NCBI GenBank assembly: GCA_963749075.1
Contig: CAVVLJ010000020.1
Span: forward strand, 128,001-192,000
Length of the DNA stretch: 64,000 nucleotides
Origin: an uncultured Pseudomonadota bacterium
GTDB taxonomy: Bacteria > Pseudomonadota > Alphaproteobacteria > JACZXZ01
Direction of reading: 5' to 3'
A program made the position numbers and the translations under genes. Below are positions 28,462 through 38,470 of this stretch, one piece after another. How positions within the stretch are numbered: position 1 is the first letter of the stretch; every line of letters begins with the position of its first letter. Under the pieces are notes generated by a model. That model saw only the letters and a list, made by a program, of their open reading frames with translations, was not told the DNA's origin and did no database searches.

Positions 28462-29304
28462 TCAGGGGCGCAACAAATGGTACAAGTGGCGCAAGATGAA
28501 GGGGAACATGGCGAGCGCTGCCGCCGAGGCTATGAAGCGGTAGACGAGGAAGGGCGTCATGCTGTGGCGCTCGAGCCAGCCGAGGAAGACGGCGGCGGCG
28601 AAGAGCCCGCCCAAGGCTGACACCAAGACGGTGAGCGCCAGGCTCGCCTCGGGCACGGCGGCGAGCGAGCCCGCGAGATAGAACCGGGCGCCGCTCAGCA
28701 GCACCTCCCCGCCAAAGGCAAAGAGCGCCAAGAGATAGGCGATGCGCGCCGCATCGGGGCGCTCGAAGCCGAGCACGCGCGCCACCGTCATGGCGAGCGG
28801 TATCAGCCCCACCCCCGGCATGAAGGCGGCGAGCTGGGCAATCCCGAGCACGACCGCGTCGACCGCCGATAAGTGCTCGATGCGGCGGATGGCTAGGCTG
28901 TAGCGGTCGGCGAGCAGCATGACGAGGGCCATCGCCATGCCGGTCAAGGCAAGGTAATCGATGCGTCCGAAGCCGAAGCGGCTCACATAGTCCGCGAAGC
29001 CCGCCACCCTCAGCGCGCCGATCGGCAGCAGGGCGATGACGAGATTGACCGAAAGCCGCGCCTCAGGCCGCCAGCGCCCGCGCAAGAGCTGCCAGCCGCC
29101 GCGCAAGCTCTGACCGACCTCGCCGCGGAGCACGATCAGGAGTGCCAGCACCGTGCCAAGATGGCAGGCGATATGCTGCACGGGGGAAAACCCCGGCCAG
29201 CCGAAGAGACGCGGCACCACCGCCATGTGCAGGTTCTCGCCAAGCGGCATGAGCAAGCTCAGCCCATGCACGAAGGCAAGACAAACGACGGGCAGGTAGG
29301 GCAA
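28462..29304 (-). CDS. Divergent UppP/BacA-like membrane protein lacking the catalytic motifs
   Basis: HLGTVLA, LGIAQLAAFMPG, GFERPDAAR, PFLVYR scaffold retained; E..P.SS and PGxSRS motifs replaced. Confidence 0.7.
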   Translation of the reverse strand: MPYLPVVCLAFVHGLSLLMPLGENLHMAVVPRLFGWPGFSPVQHIACHLGTVLALLIVLRGEVGQSLRGGWQLLRGRWRPEARLSVNLVIALLPIGALRVAGFADYVSRFGFGRIDYLALTGMAMALVMLLADRYSLAIRRIEHLSAVDAVVLGIAQLAAFMPGVGLIPLAMTVARVLGFERPDAARIAYLLALFAFGGEVLLSGARFYLAGSLAAVPEASLALTVLVSALGGLFAAAVFLGWLERHSMTPFLVYRFIASAAALAMFPFILRHLYHLLRP

Positions 29305-29599
29305 GGCGACCTCGGAGCGCTGCGCCGCCGCTTATATCACGGCGCAGAATCCATTCCTAGAGACCTAGACCCGCTCGGTTTTGATGTGTAGTACCGTATT
29401 GGTACCATCTGACCTTGCCTTTTGCGAGTGCGAAGTATAATCAAAAGAGCCTCTCGGGTCGCGCCAAGAAAATACGTCAGCTATACTGACTTATCGATTT
29501 GACCTCGCCGGACGAGCGGGCCGAACGCCCCAGGACGGTGCCGGGCGGCTGAGGGCGGCGGGCAAAAACAGCCCGGTCAGACAACCCTGGGATGGGAAG

Positions 29600-31045
29600 A
29601 TGCCGCGCAATCTCCTGAAATTCGTCAATACCGAGATGCGCATGCCGGACAAGCGCGAGCCCGGCACGCGGAGCCACGACTTCCGGGAAATCTACGCGGA
29701 TTTCGACGAGGGGCGCGCCAAGGAGCAGGCCGGGCGCTGCTCGCAATGCGGCGTGCCGTTCTGCCAGGTGCATTGCCCGCTGCACAACAACATCCCCGAC
29801 TGGCTGATGCTGACCGCCGAGGGCCGCATCGAGGAGGCCTATGAGATCGCCTCCGCCACGAACAACATGCCCGAGGTGTGCGGACGCATCTGTCCCCAGG
29901 ACCGCCTCTGCGAGGGCAACTGCGTCATCGAGAAGGGCTTCCACTCGGTCACCATCGGCTCGGTCGAGAAATTCATCACGGAGACGGCCTTCCGCAAGGG
30001 CTGGGTCAAGCCGCCGCGGCCGCCCCATGAGCTCGCGCAATCGGTCGGCATCATCGGCGCCGGGCCGGGCGGCTTGGCCGCGGCGGAGCAGCTGCGCCGG
30101 CGCGGCTACCAGCTCCACGTCTACGACCGCTATGACCGGGTCGGCGGGCTGCTGCTTTACGGCATTCCCAATTTCAAGCTCGAGAAGACGCTGGTCGGGC
30201 GGCGCTCGGCGCTGCTCGAGGAGGGCGGCATCCGCTTCCACCTCGACTGCGAGGTCGGCCGCGACGTGTCGCTCGCCGAGCTGCGCCGGCGCCACGACGC
30301 GGTGCTCATCGCGAGCGGCGTCTACCAGGCGCGCGACATCGCCGCACCCGGCGCCGGGCTCGGCAACATCGTGCAGGCGCTCGACTACCTCACGGCGAGC
30401 AACCGCAAGGGCCTCGGCGACATAGTACCGCGCTTCGACGACGGTACGCTCGACGCCGCGGGCAAGGACGTCGTGGTGATCGGCGGCGGCGACACGGCGA
30501 TGGATTGCGTGCGCACGGCCGTGCGCCAGGGTGCGGTCTCGGTCAAGTGCCTCTACCGCCGCAACCGCAGCAACATGCCGGGCTCCCAGCGCGAGGTGCT
30601 GCACGCCGAGGAGGAGGGCGTCGAGTTCGTCTGGCTCTCGGCACCCGAGGCCTTTCTCGGCGATCGCCAGGTGGCCGGCGTGCGCACCGTGCGCATGCGC
30701 CTGGGCGTCGCCGATTCGAGCGGCCGCCAGGTGCCGCAGGTGATCGAGGGCTCCCACTTCACCATCGACGCCGGCCTCGTGATCAAGGCGCTCGGCTTCG
30801 ATCCCGACGACGTGCCGGCGCTTTTCGCGGCGCCCGAGCTCGCGGTCACGCGCTGGGGCACCCTCAAGATCGACTACAAGACGATGATGACGAGCCTGGA
30901 CGGCGTCTTCGCGGCGGGCGACATCGTGCGCGGCGCCTCGCTCGTCGTGTGGGCGATCCGCGACGGCCGCGACGCGGCGGAGAGCATGCACAAGTACCTC
31001 AAAGCCAAGGCCGCGGCGCAAGCGGCGGCGGCGGCGGCGGACTAA
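29600..31045 (+). CDS. gltD: Glutamate synthase small subunit
   Basis: RCSQCGVPFCQVHCP, GRICPQDRLCE, GGGDTAMDC, GDIVRGASLVV. Confidence 0.95.
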   Translation: MPRNLLKFVNTEMRMPDKREPGTRSHDFREIYADFDEGRAKEQAGRCSQCGVPFCQVHCPLHNNIPDWLMLTAEGRIEEAYEIASATNNMPEVCGRICPQDRLCEGNCVIEKGFHSVTIGSVEKFITETAFRKGWVKPPRPPHELAQSVGIIGAGPGGLAAAEQLRRRGYQLHVYDRYDRVGGLLLYGIPNFKLEKTLVGRRSALLEEGGIRFHLDCEVGRDVSLAELRRRHDAVLIASGVYQARDIAAPGAGLGNIVQALDYLTASNRKGLGDIVPRFDDGTLDAAGKDVVVIGGGDTAMDCVRTAVRQGAVSVKCLYRRNRSNMPGSQREVLHAEEEGVEFVWLSAPEAFLGDRQVAGVRTVRMRLGVADSSGRQVPQVIEGSHFTIDAGLVIKALGFDPDDVPALFAAPELAVTRWGTLKIDYKTMMTSLDGVFAAGDIVRGASLVVWAIRDGRDAAESMHKYLKAKAAAQAAAAAAD

Positions 31046-31050
31046 CGGCG

Positions 31051-31686
31051 ATGCTGCGCCTTTACGACAACATGTCCTCGGGCAACGGCTACAAGGCGCG
31101 ACTGATGCTGAGCCTGCTCGATATTCCGTTCGAGCGCGTCGAGCTCGACATCGACCGCAACGAGACGCGCGCGCCCGCCTTCCTCGCCAAGAACGCCAAC
31201 GGCCGCATTCCGGCGCTCGAGCTCGCCCCGGGCGACGTCCTCGCCGAATCGAACGCCATCCTCTGGTACCTGGCCGAGGGAACCCCCTATCTGCCCGACG
31301 AGCGCCGCGCGCGCGCCGCCGCGCTGCAGTGGCTCTTCTTCGAGCAATACAGCCACGAGCCCAACATCGCGACCTTGCGCTACTGGATCACCCACAAGGT
31401 GATGACGCCGGCGCGCGAGGCGATGGTGGCGGAGAAGCGCCGGCTCGGCTACGCGGCGCTCGATGTCATGGAGCGCCATCTCGGCGGCCGCCGCTTCTTC
31501 GTGGGCGAGCGCGCGGGCGTGGCCGATCTCGCCCTCTACGCCTACACCCACGTGGCGCACGAGGGCGGCTTCGAGCTCGAGCCCTATCCCGCGATCCGCG
31601 GCTGGCTCGCGCGCATGGCCGAAATTCCCGGCTACATCCCGATCAGCCATCCCGCGGGCCGCGAAGTCCGCGTGGCCTGGCATTGA
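31051..31686 (+). CDS. Glutathione S-transferase family protein
   Basis: SGNGYK, NANGRIP, ESNAIL, ADLALYAYTH. Confidence 0.9.
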   Translation: MLRLYDNMSSGNGYKARLMLSLLDIPFERVELDIDRNETRAPAFLAKNANGRIPALELAPGDVLAESNAILWYLAEGTPYLPDERRARAAALQWLFFEQYSHEPNIATLRYWITHKVMTPAREAMVAEKRRLGYAALDVMERHLGGRRFFVGERAGVADLALYAYTHVAHEGGFELEPYPAIRGWLARMAEIPGYIPISHPAGREVRVAWH

Positions 31687-31702
31687 GGCGAGGAGGCCTG
31701 TC

Positions 31703-34700
31703 ATGAGCGGCCACCACCAGGACGAGGGGCAGAAGTTCGTCGAGGAGTATCGCAGGAACGCCGAGCACCTCGCGCGCGAGGGGCTCTACGACCCGAGAGA
31801 TGAGCACGACTCCTGCGGCGTCGGCCTCGTCGCCGCGATCGACGGCAAGCCGCGGCGCGCGGTGGTGACGGCCGGCATCGCGGCACTCAAGGTGCTGTGG
31901 CACCGCGGCGCGGTCGACGCCGACGGCAAGACCGGCGACGGCGCCGGCATCCACGTGCAGATCCCGCAGAACTTCTTCAAGGAGCACATCCGCGACCAGG
32001 GCCACGAGCCGGCCGAGGGCCGGCTTGCGGTCGGCATGGTCTTCCTGCCGCGCACCGACTTCGCCGCGCAGGAGCGCTGCCGCTGCATCGTCGAGGCGGA
32101 GATTCTCGCCATGGGCTACGGCATCTACGGCTGGCGCCAGGTGCCGATCGACATCTCGGTGATCGGCGAGAAGGCGAACGCCACGCGGCCGGAGATCGAG
32201 CAGATCCTCGTCGCCAACGCCAAGGCCACGGGGGCGCGGCAGTTCGAGATCGATCTCTTCATCATCCGCCGGCGCATCGAGAAGCAGGTGCTGGCCGAGA
32301 GCATCCGCGACTTCTACATCTGCTCGCTCTCGTGCCGTTCGGTCATCTACAAGGGCATGTTCTTGGCCGAGCAGCTCACCGCCTTCTATCCGGACCTCGC
32401 GGACGAGCGCTTCGTCTCGAACTTCGCCATCTACCACCAGCGCTACTCGACCAACACCTTCCCGAGCTGGTGGCTGGCCCAGCCCTTCCGCATGCTGGCG
32501 CACAACGGCGAGATCAACACGCTGCTCGGCAACATCAACTGGATGAAGGCGCACGAGCCGCGCATGGCGCACGAGTGGTTCGGCGCCCATATGGCCGACC
32601 TCCTGCCGATCATCCAGCCCGGCAGCTCCGATTCGATGGCGCTCGATGCGGTGTTCGAGGTCATGGTGCGCGCCAACCGCAGCGTGCCCATGGTGAAGAC
32701 CATCCTGGTGCCCGAGGCGTGGGCCAACCAGCCGAGCCTGGCGCAGGAGACCCAGGACCTCTACTCCTATTGCAACGCCATCGTCGAGCCGTGGGACGGC
32801 CCGGCGGCGATCTGCGCCTACGGCGGGCAATGGGCGGTCGCCTTCGTGGACCGCAACGGCCTGCGTCCCATGCGCTACACCATCACGGACGACGGCCTCA
32901 TCGTGGTGGGCTCCGAGACCGGCATGGTGCGCCTCGACGAGACGAAGGTTGTCGAGAAGGGCCGCGTCGGCCCGGGCGCCATGATCGCCGTCGATTTGCG
33001 CGAGGGCAGGCTCTACCACGACGCCGAGGCCAAGGCGATGCTGGCGCGCTCGCGGCCCTTCGGCCAATGGGTGAAGCAGATCAAGAAGCTCGACGGCCTC
33101 ATCAAGACCGGCGCCGACGAGCGCATGGAATTCGCCCGCAACGAGCTGCGCCGCCGCCAGCTCGCCGTCGGCTGGACGCTCGAGGAGCTCGAGATGGTGC
33201 TGCATCCCATGGGCGAGGAGGGCAAGGAGCCGCTCTTCTCCATGGGCGACGACACGCCGCTCGCCGTGCTCTCCGAGCAGCACCGCGGCCTGCACCATTA
33301 TTTCCGCCAGAACTTCAGCCAGGTGACCAACCCGCCGATCGACTCGCTGCGCGAGACGCGGGTGATGTCGCTGGTGACGCGGCTTGGCAATCTCGGCAAC
33401 ATCCTCGACGAGGACGAGTCCCAGTGCCGCCTCCTGCAGCTGAACTCGCCCGTGCTCTCGAACGGCGAGTTCGAGGCCATGCGCGCCTATATGGACGCCA
33501 CGGCGGCCGACATCGACTGCAGCTTCGAGGCCGCCAAGGGCGACGGCGCGCTCCGCGAGGCGATCGCCCGCATCCGCCAGGAGGCGGAGGACGCGGTGCG
33601 CGGCGGCGCCCAGCACGTCGTGCTCACCGACAAGGGCTCGGGGGCGGCGCGGGCACCCATTCCCATGATCCTCGCAGCGGGCGCCGTGCATTCGCATCTC
33701 GTGCGCAAGAAGCTGCGCACCTTCTGCTCGCTCATCGTGCGCAGCGCCGAGTGCATGGACGTGCACTACTTCGCGGTGCTGATCGGCGTCGGCGCCACCA
33801 CGGTCAACGCCTATCTCGCCCAGGAGAGCCTCGCCGACCGCCACCGCCGCGGCCTCTTCGGCGCCCTCTCCTTCGAGGAGGTGGTGCGCCGCTACAAGCA
33901 GGCCGTCGACCAGGGCCTCCTCAAGATCATGTCCAAGATGGGCATCTCGGTGATCAGCTCCTACCGCGGCGGCTATAATTTCGAGGCCTTGGGCCTCTCC
34001 CGCGCGCTCGTCGCCGAGTTCTATCCGGGCATGCCGTCGCGCATCTCGGGCATCGGCTTGAACGGCATCGAGCGCAAGCTGCGCGAGCTCCACGCCCGCG
34101 CCTATGCCGAGGACTTCACCGCACTTCCGGTCGGCGGCTTCTACAGGTACCGCCGCGGCGGCGAGAGCCACGCCTACCAGGGCGCCCTCATCCACACGCT
34201 GCAGACCGCGGTCTCGACCGACTCCTACTCGACCTACAAGAAGTACAGCGAGGGCGTGCGCCGCCAGCCGCCGATCGCCATCCGCGACCTCCTCGAGCTC
34301 ACGCCCAAGGGCCAGCCGGTCTCCCTCGACGAGGTCGAGTCGATCACCGAGATCCGCAAGCGCTTCGTGACGCCCGGCATGTCGCTCGGCGCGCTTGGCC
34401 CCGAGGCGCACGAGACCCTGAATATCGCCATGAACCGCATCGGCGCCAAGGCCGACAGCGGCGAGGGCGGCGAGGACCCGGCGCACTACAAGCCGAAGGC
34501 GAACGGCGACAACCCGAACTCGGCGATCAAGCAGGTCGCCTCGGGCCGCTTCGGCGTCACCGCCGAGTACCTCAACAACTGCCGCGAGCTCGAGATCAAG
34601 ATCGCGCAAGGGTCGAAGCCGGGCGAGGGCGGCCAGCTGCCCGGCTTCAAGGTGACCGAGATGATCGCCAAGCTGCGCCTCTCGACGCCGGGCGTCACCC

Positions 34701-36250
34701 TCATCTCGCCGCCGCCGCACCACGACATCTACTCGATCGAGGACCTGGCGCAGCTCATCTACGACCTGAAGCAGATCAGCCCGGACGCCAAGGTGTGCGT
34801 GAAGCTCGTCTCGCGCTCGGGCATCGGCACGGTCGCGGCCGGGGTCGCCAAGGCGAAGGCGGACGTGATCCTCATCTCGGGCCACGTCGGCGGCACCGGC
34901 GCCTCGCCCATGTCGAGCATCAAGTTCGCCGGCACGCCGTGGGAGATGGGGCTCTCCGAGGTCCACCAGGTGCTGACCCTGAACCGCCTGCGCCACCGCG
35001 TGAAGCTGCGCACCGACGGCGGCATCAAGACCGGGCGCGACGTGGTGATCGCGGCGATGCTGGGTGCCGAGGAATACGGCGTCGGCACCGCGGCACTCGT
35101 CGCCATGGGCTGCATCCTGGTGCGCCAGTGCCACTCGAACACCTGCCCGGTCGGCGTCTGCACCCAGGACCCCAAGCTCAGGGCCAAGTTCGAGGGCACG
35201 CCCGAGCGCGTGGTCAACCTCTTCACCTTCATCGCCGAGGAGGTGCGCGAGATCCTCGCTTCGCTCGGCGCCCGCTCGCTCAACGACATCATCGGGCGCA
35301 CCGACCTCCTATTCCAGATGAGCCGCGGCAGCCCGCACCTCGACGACCTCGACCTCAACCAGATCCTCGCCAAGGCCGATCCGGGCGACTATCCGCGCTA
35401 CTCGACCCTCGAGGGCCGCAACGAGGTGCCCGACACGCTCGACGCGCAGATCCTGAAGGACGCCAAGGCGCTCCTCGAGGACGGCGAGAAGATGCAGCTC
35501 GCCTACACCATCCGCAACACCTACCGCGCCATCGGCACGCGCCTCTCCTCGGCGATCACGCGCAAATACGGCATGACCGGCCTGCCGGCCGGCCACGTCA
35601 CCGTGCGCCTGCGCGGCTCGGCCGGCCAGTCGCTCGGCGCCTTCGCGGTGCGCGGCCTCAAGCTCGAGGTGTTCGGCGACGCCAACGACTATGTGGGGAA
35701 GGGGCTCTCCGGCGGCACCATCGTGCTGCGGCCGATGACGGCGGCACTCTATGCCAGCCAGGAGAACACCATCATAGGCAACACGGTGCTCTATGGTGCT
35801 ACCGCCGGCCGGCTCTTCGCCGCCGGCCAGGCGGGCGAGCGCTTCGCCGTGCGCAACTCGGGCGCCGAGGCGGTGATCGAGGGCTGCGGCTCGAACGGCT
35901 GCGAGTACATGACCGGAGGGGCCGTCGTCATCCTCGGCCCCGTCGGCGACAACTTCGCGGCCGGCATGACCGGCGGCAGCGCCTTCGTCTACGACCCGGA
36001 GGAAGAGCTCGAGAAGCGCATCAACCCCGAATCGGTGATCTGGCAGCGCATCGAGATGCCCTACTGGGAGAACCTCTGCCGCCAGCTCGTCGAGGCGCAC
36101 GTCGAGAACACCCAGTCGCGCTGGGCCGCGGGCCTGCTCAACGACTGGGATCGCGAACTCGCTAAATTCTGGCAGATCGTCCCTAAGGAGATGATCGGCC
36201 GCCTGTCCCAGCCCACCACCCGCGAGCCTCCCTCGGAAGCGCGCGCGTGA
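31703..36250 (+). CDS. gltB: Glutamate synthase large subunit
   Basis: HDSCGVG, HQRYSTNT, AHNGEINT, KPGEGGQL, SPPPHHDIYSIEDL, CH.NTCPVG. Confidence 0.98.
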   Translation: MSGHHQDEGQKFVEEYRRNAEHLAREGLYDPRDEHDSCGVGLVAAIDGKPRRAVVTAGIAALKVLWHRGAVDADGKTGDGAGIHVQIPQNFFKEHIRDQGHEPAEGRLAVGMVFLPRTDFAAQERCRCIVEAEILAMGYGIYGWRQVPIDISVIGEKANATRPEIEQILVANAKATGARQFEIDLFIIRRRIEKQVLAESIRDFYICSLSCRSVIYKGMFLAEQLTAFYPDLADERFVSNFAIYHQRYSTNTFPSWWLAQPFRMLAHNGEINTLLGNINWMKAHEPRMAHEWFGAHMADLLPIIQPGSSDSMALDAVFEVMVRANRSVPMVKTILVPEAWANQPSLAQETQDLYSYCNAIVEPWDGPAAICAYGGQWAVAFVDRNGLRPMRYTITDDGLIVVGSETGMVRLDETKVVEKGRVGPGAMIAVDLREGRLYHDAEAKAMLARSRPFGQWVKQIKKLDGLIKTGADERMEFARNELRRRQLAVGWTLEELEMVLHPMGEEGKEPLFSMGDDTPLAVLSEQHRGLHHYFRQNFSQVTNPPIDSLRETRVMSLVTRLGNLGNILDEDESQCRLLQLNSPVLSNGEFEAMRAYMDATAADIDCSFEAAKGDGALREAIARIRQEAEDAVRGGAQHVVLTDKGSGAARAPIPMILAAGAVHSHLVRKKLRTFCSLIVRSAECMDVHYFAVLIGVGATTVNAYLAQESLADRHRRGLFGALSFEEVVRRYKQAVDQGLLKIMSKMGISVISSYRGGYNFEALGLSRALVAEFYPGMPSRISGIGLNGIERKLRELHARAYAEDFTALPVGGFYRYRRGGESHAYQGALIHTLQTAVSTDSYSTYKKYSEGVRRQPPIAIRDLLELTPKGQPVSLDEVESITEIRKRFVTPGMSLGALGPEAHETLNIAMNRIGAKADSGEGGEDPAHYKPKANGDNPNSAIKQVASGRFGVTAEYLNNCRELEIKIAQGSKPGEGGQLPGFKVTEMIAKLRLSTPGVTLISPPPHHDIYSIEDLAQLIYDLKQISPDAKVCVKLVSRSGIGTVAAGVAKAKADVILISGHVGGTGASPMSSIKFAGTPWEMGLSEVHQVLTLNRLRHRVKLRTDGGIKTGRDVVIAAMLGAEEYGVGTAALVAMGCILVRQCHSNTCPVGVCTQDPKLRAKFEGTPERVVNLFTFIAEEVREILASLGARSLNDIIGRTDLLFQMSRGSPHLDDLDLNQILAKADPGDYPRYSTLEGRNEVPDTLDAQILKDAKALLEDGEKMQLAYTIRNTYRAIGTRLSSAITRKYGMTGLPAGHVTVRLRGSAGQSLGAFAVRGLKLEVFGDANDYVGKGLSGGTIVLRPMTAALYASQENTIIGNTVLYGATAGRLFAAGQAGERFAVRNSGAEAVIEGCGSNGCEYMTGGAVVILGPVGDNFAAGMTGGSAFVYDPEEELEKRINPESVIWQRIEMPYWENLCRQLVEAHVENTQSRWAAGLLNDWDRELAKFWQIVPKEMIGRLSQPTTREPPSEARA

Positions 36251-36262
36251 GCGCTCCGAACA

Positions 36263-36450
36263 ACCCTCTCCCCAACGTGGGAGAGGGTGCGCGCGCAGCG
36301 CGCGGGTGAGGTAGCCCTCTCCCGCTTGCGGGAGAGGGTGCGAGCGCAGCGCGCGGGTGAGGGATAGTGGTACGGCATGACAAATATCCCTCACCTTCCC
36401 GCGGCCTTGCGGCCGTGGGCCCCTCCCTCTCCCGCGAGCGGGAGAGGGAG
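36263..36450. repeat. Cluster of CCCTCTCCC/GGGAGAGGG REP-like palindromes (two direct, one inverted)
   Basis: CCCTCTCCC-loop-GGGAGAGGGTGCG.GCGCAGCGCGCGGGTGAGG twice, then an inverted copy at 36388-36450. Confidence 0.85.
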
Positions 36451-37348
36451 AGCCGGGCGGCGCGCGCTCATTCTCCTGGCGCTCGCGGTGCTCTGCTTCG
36501 GGACCGCCTGGCCGGTGACCAAGGTGGCCCTCAGCGAGGCCACGCCCATCTGGTTCGCCGCGGCGCGTGCCGGCCTCGGCGTCGTCTCGTCCTTCACCCT
36601 CCTCGCCCTTCTCGGCCGCCTCCGTCTCCCCGCGCGCGGCGACCTGCCGATCGTGCTCTCGATCGGCGTCCTCCAGCTCACTGCTTTCTTCGCCCTCAGC
36701 AATCTCGGCCTCAGCCACGTGGCGGCAGCGCGCTCGGTGGTGCTCGCCTATACCACGACGATCTGGCTCGTGCCCCTGGCCCTCCTCGCGGGCGAGCGCA
36801 TCGGGCGCTGGCGCGCCGTGGGCGTCGGCTTAGGCCTCGCCGGCGTGGCGCTCCTCTGCAACCCGTTTGTGATCGACTGGACGAGCGGCGAGGTGCTGGC
36901 GGGGAACGCAGCACTCCTCATGGCGGCCCTCGCCTGGGCGCTCGCCATCCTTCACGCGCGGCGGCACCGCTGGCGCGGCTCGCCGCTCGATCTCCTGCCC
37001 TGGCAGTTCCTCGTGGCGGGGGTGCTGCTGACGCTCCTCGCTGCAGCCTTCGAGCCCGCGGGCGGCATCGGCCGCGGCGGCGCGGCCATCGCGGCACTCC
37101 TCTACGTCGGCATCGTCGCGGGTCCCTTCGCCACCTGGGCCGCTACCTCGGTCGCGCGCGCGCTGCCGACGCTCGTCACCTCGCTCGGCTTCCTCTTCGT
37201 GCCCGTGCTCGGCATGCTGCTCTCGACCCTCTGGCTTGGCGAGGCCGTCACGCCGGCGCTCGCGGGAGGTGCTGCCCTCATCCTCCTCGGCCTCGCCCTC
37301 ATCGCCTTGGGCGGCGCGCGCGGGCGGCCTAGGGCCGGGTCGTTCTGA
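36377..37348 (+). CDS. DMT (EamA) family transporter
   Basis: FGTAWPVTK, about 10 hydrophobic helices, LGE motif. Confidence 0.88.
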   Translation: MTNIPHLPAALRPWAPPSPASGRGRAGRRALILLALAVLCFGTAWPVTKVALSEATPIWFAAARAGLGVVSSFTLLALLGRLRLPARGDLPIVLSIGVLQLTAFFALSNLGLSHVAAARSVVLAYTTTIWLVPLALLAGERIGRWRAVGVGLGLAGVALLCNPFVIDWTSGEVLAGNAALLMAALAWALAILHARRHRWRGSPLDLLPWQFLVAGVLLTLLAAAFEPAGGIGRGGAAIAALLYVGIVAGPFATWAATSVARALPTLVTSLGFLFVPVLGMLLSTLWLGEAVTPALAGGAALILLGLALIALGGARGRPRAGSF

Positions 37349-38285
37349 CCGCAGGCCTCGGCGCCTTCTCCGCGGCCTGCTCGATCGCCTCGGCGACGGT
37401 TTCGGCCGCCTCTTCCTCCGCCAGCCCGAGGCGGTCGCCGAGGCGCACCATCTCCTCGACGCCGGCAGCACCCAGCCCGCCGGCGGCAAGCCGGTCCTCG
37501 ATCAGCCGCTGGTATTGCTCGCGCCGGCGCCTTAGCTGATCCATGAAGCCCACGGTGACGAGGCCGGAGAAGATCGCGAGGGTCATGATCCCGACGATCG
37601 AAATGACGCCGCCGAGAATCCGGCCGGTGACGGTGACCGGCACCATGTCGCCGTAACCGACGGTGGTGAGGGTCTCGATCGCCCACCACATGGCGGCTGG
37701 GATCGAGCTGAAGACCTCGGGCTGCGCCTCGCCCTCGACCATGTACATCAGCGAGCCGCTCAAGGTCAGCACGAGGCAAAGGATGAAGAGGACCGCGCCG
37801 AGCGGCCCGCCTTCTTCGCGAAACACCGCCCAAATCAGGCTGAAGATGGTCGAGTGGCGGGTGAGCTTGAGCATGCGCAGCAGGCGGATGAGGCGCAGCA
37901 CGCGAAGATCGCTGGCTCCCAGCATCCCGAGCACCGCCGGGAGGACGGCGACGAGGTCGATGAGCGCGAAGAATCCGCGCATATAGTTGAGGCGCCCCCA
38001 GAGCGGATGACGGAACGCCCCGCTGCGGCGGTCCACGGCCGTCCAGACCCGCAGCGCATATTCGATGACGAATGCCGCGGTCGACACCTGCTCGATCGCC
38101 CAGAAGGCGTCCGGGTGGCGGGCGCGCAGGGGTTCCACCGATTCGAGGATCACCGCGCTGACATTCACCACGATCAACAGCGCGAGCGAGACGTTGAAGA
38201 GCCGGACCGCCAGGCTTTGCGGCGCGTCGTCATCGAAGAGCGGGTTGAGCTTGCGGCGGAGCGCAACCAGCCGGCGCCAACTCAT
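37329..38285 (-). CDS. Voltage-gated K+ channel-type ion transporter
   Basis: S4 LRVLRLIRLLRMLKL, SIPAAMWW, TTVGYGD filter. Confidence 0.92.
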   Translation of the reverse strand: MSWRRLVALRRKLNPLFDDDAPQSLAVRLFNVSLALLIVVNVSAVILESVEPLRARHPDAFWAIEQVSTAAFVIEYALRVWTAVDRRSGAFRHPLWGRLNYMRGFFALIDLVAVLPAVLGMLGASDLRVLRLIRLLRMLKLTRHSTIFSLIWAVFREEGGPLGAVLFILCLVLTLSGSLMYMVEGEAQPEVFSSIPAAMWWAIETLTTVGYGDMVPVTVTGRILGGVISIVGIMTLAIFSGLVTVGFMDQLRRRREQYQRLIEDRLAAGGLGAAGVEEMVRLGDRLGLAEEEAAETVAEAIEQAAEKAPRPAVRTTRP

Positions 38286-38470
38286 CGTGAACCTTCCCCG
38301 GTTGGAAAAGCCGCGACTTTAGACCGTGCCAATGAACTTTTTTGGTCGCACCGCGCCGCTCGCGGTCGGCGGCCATCCTGCCCGCCGTCCTCGGCGTTGA
38401 TCCGCGCCGGAAAAGGCGCCGGTCCTTTGCCCCTACACGGGCGCTTCTCGATCCACTAAAATCCCGCGCC

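Noticed and set aside
31643-35134. Long antisense ORFs (also opposite rpoN, pheT, lepA; 57162-60521 extension)
   Set aside because: Typical stop-poor shadows of high-GC genes, with no recognisable motifs
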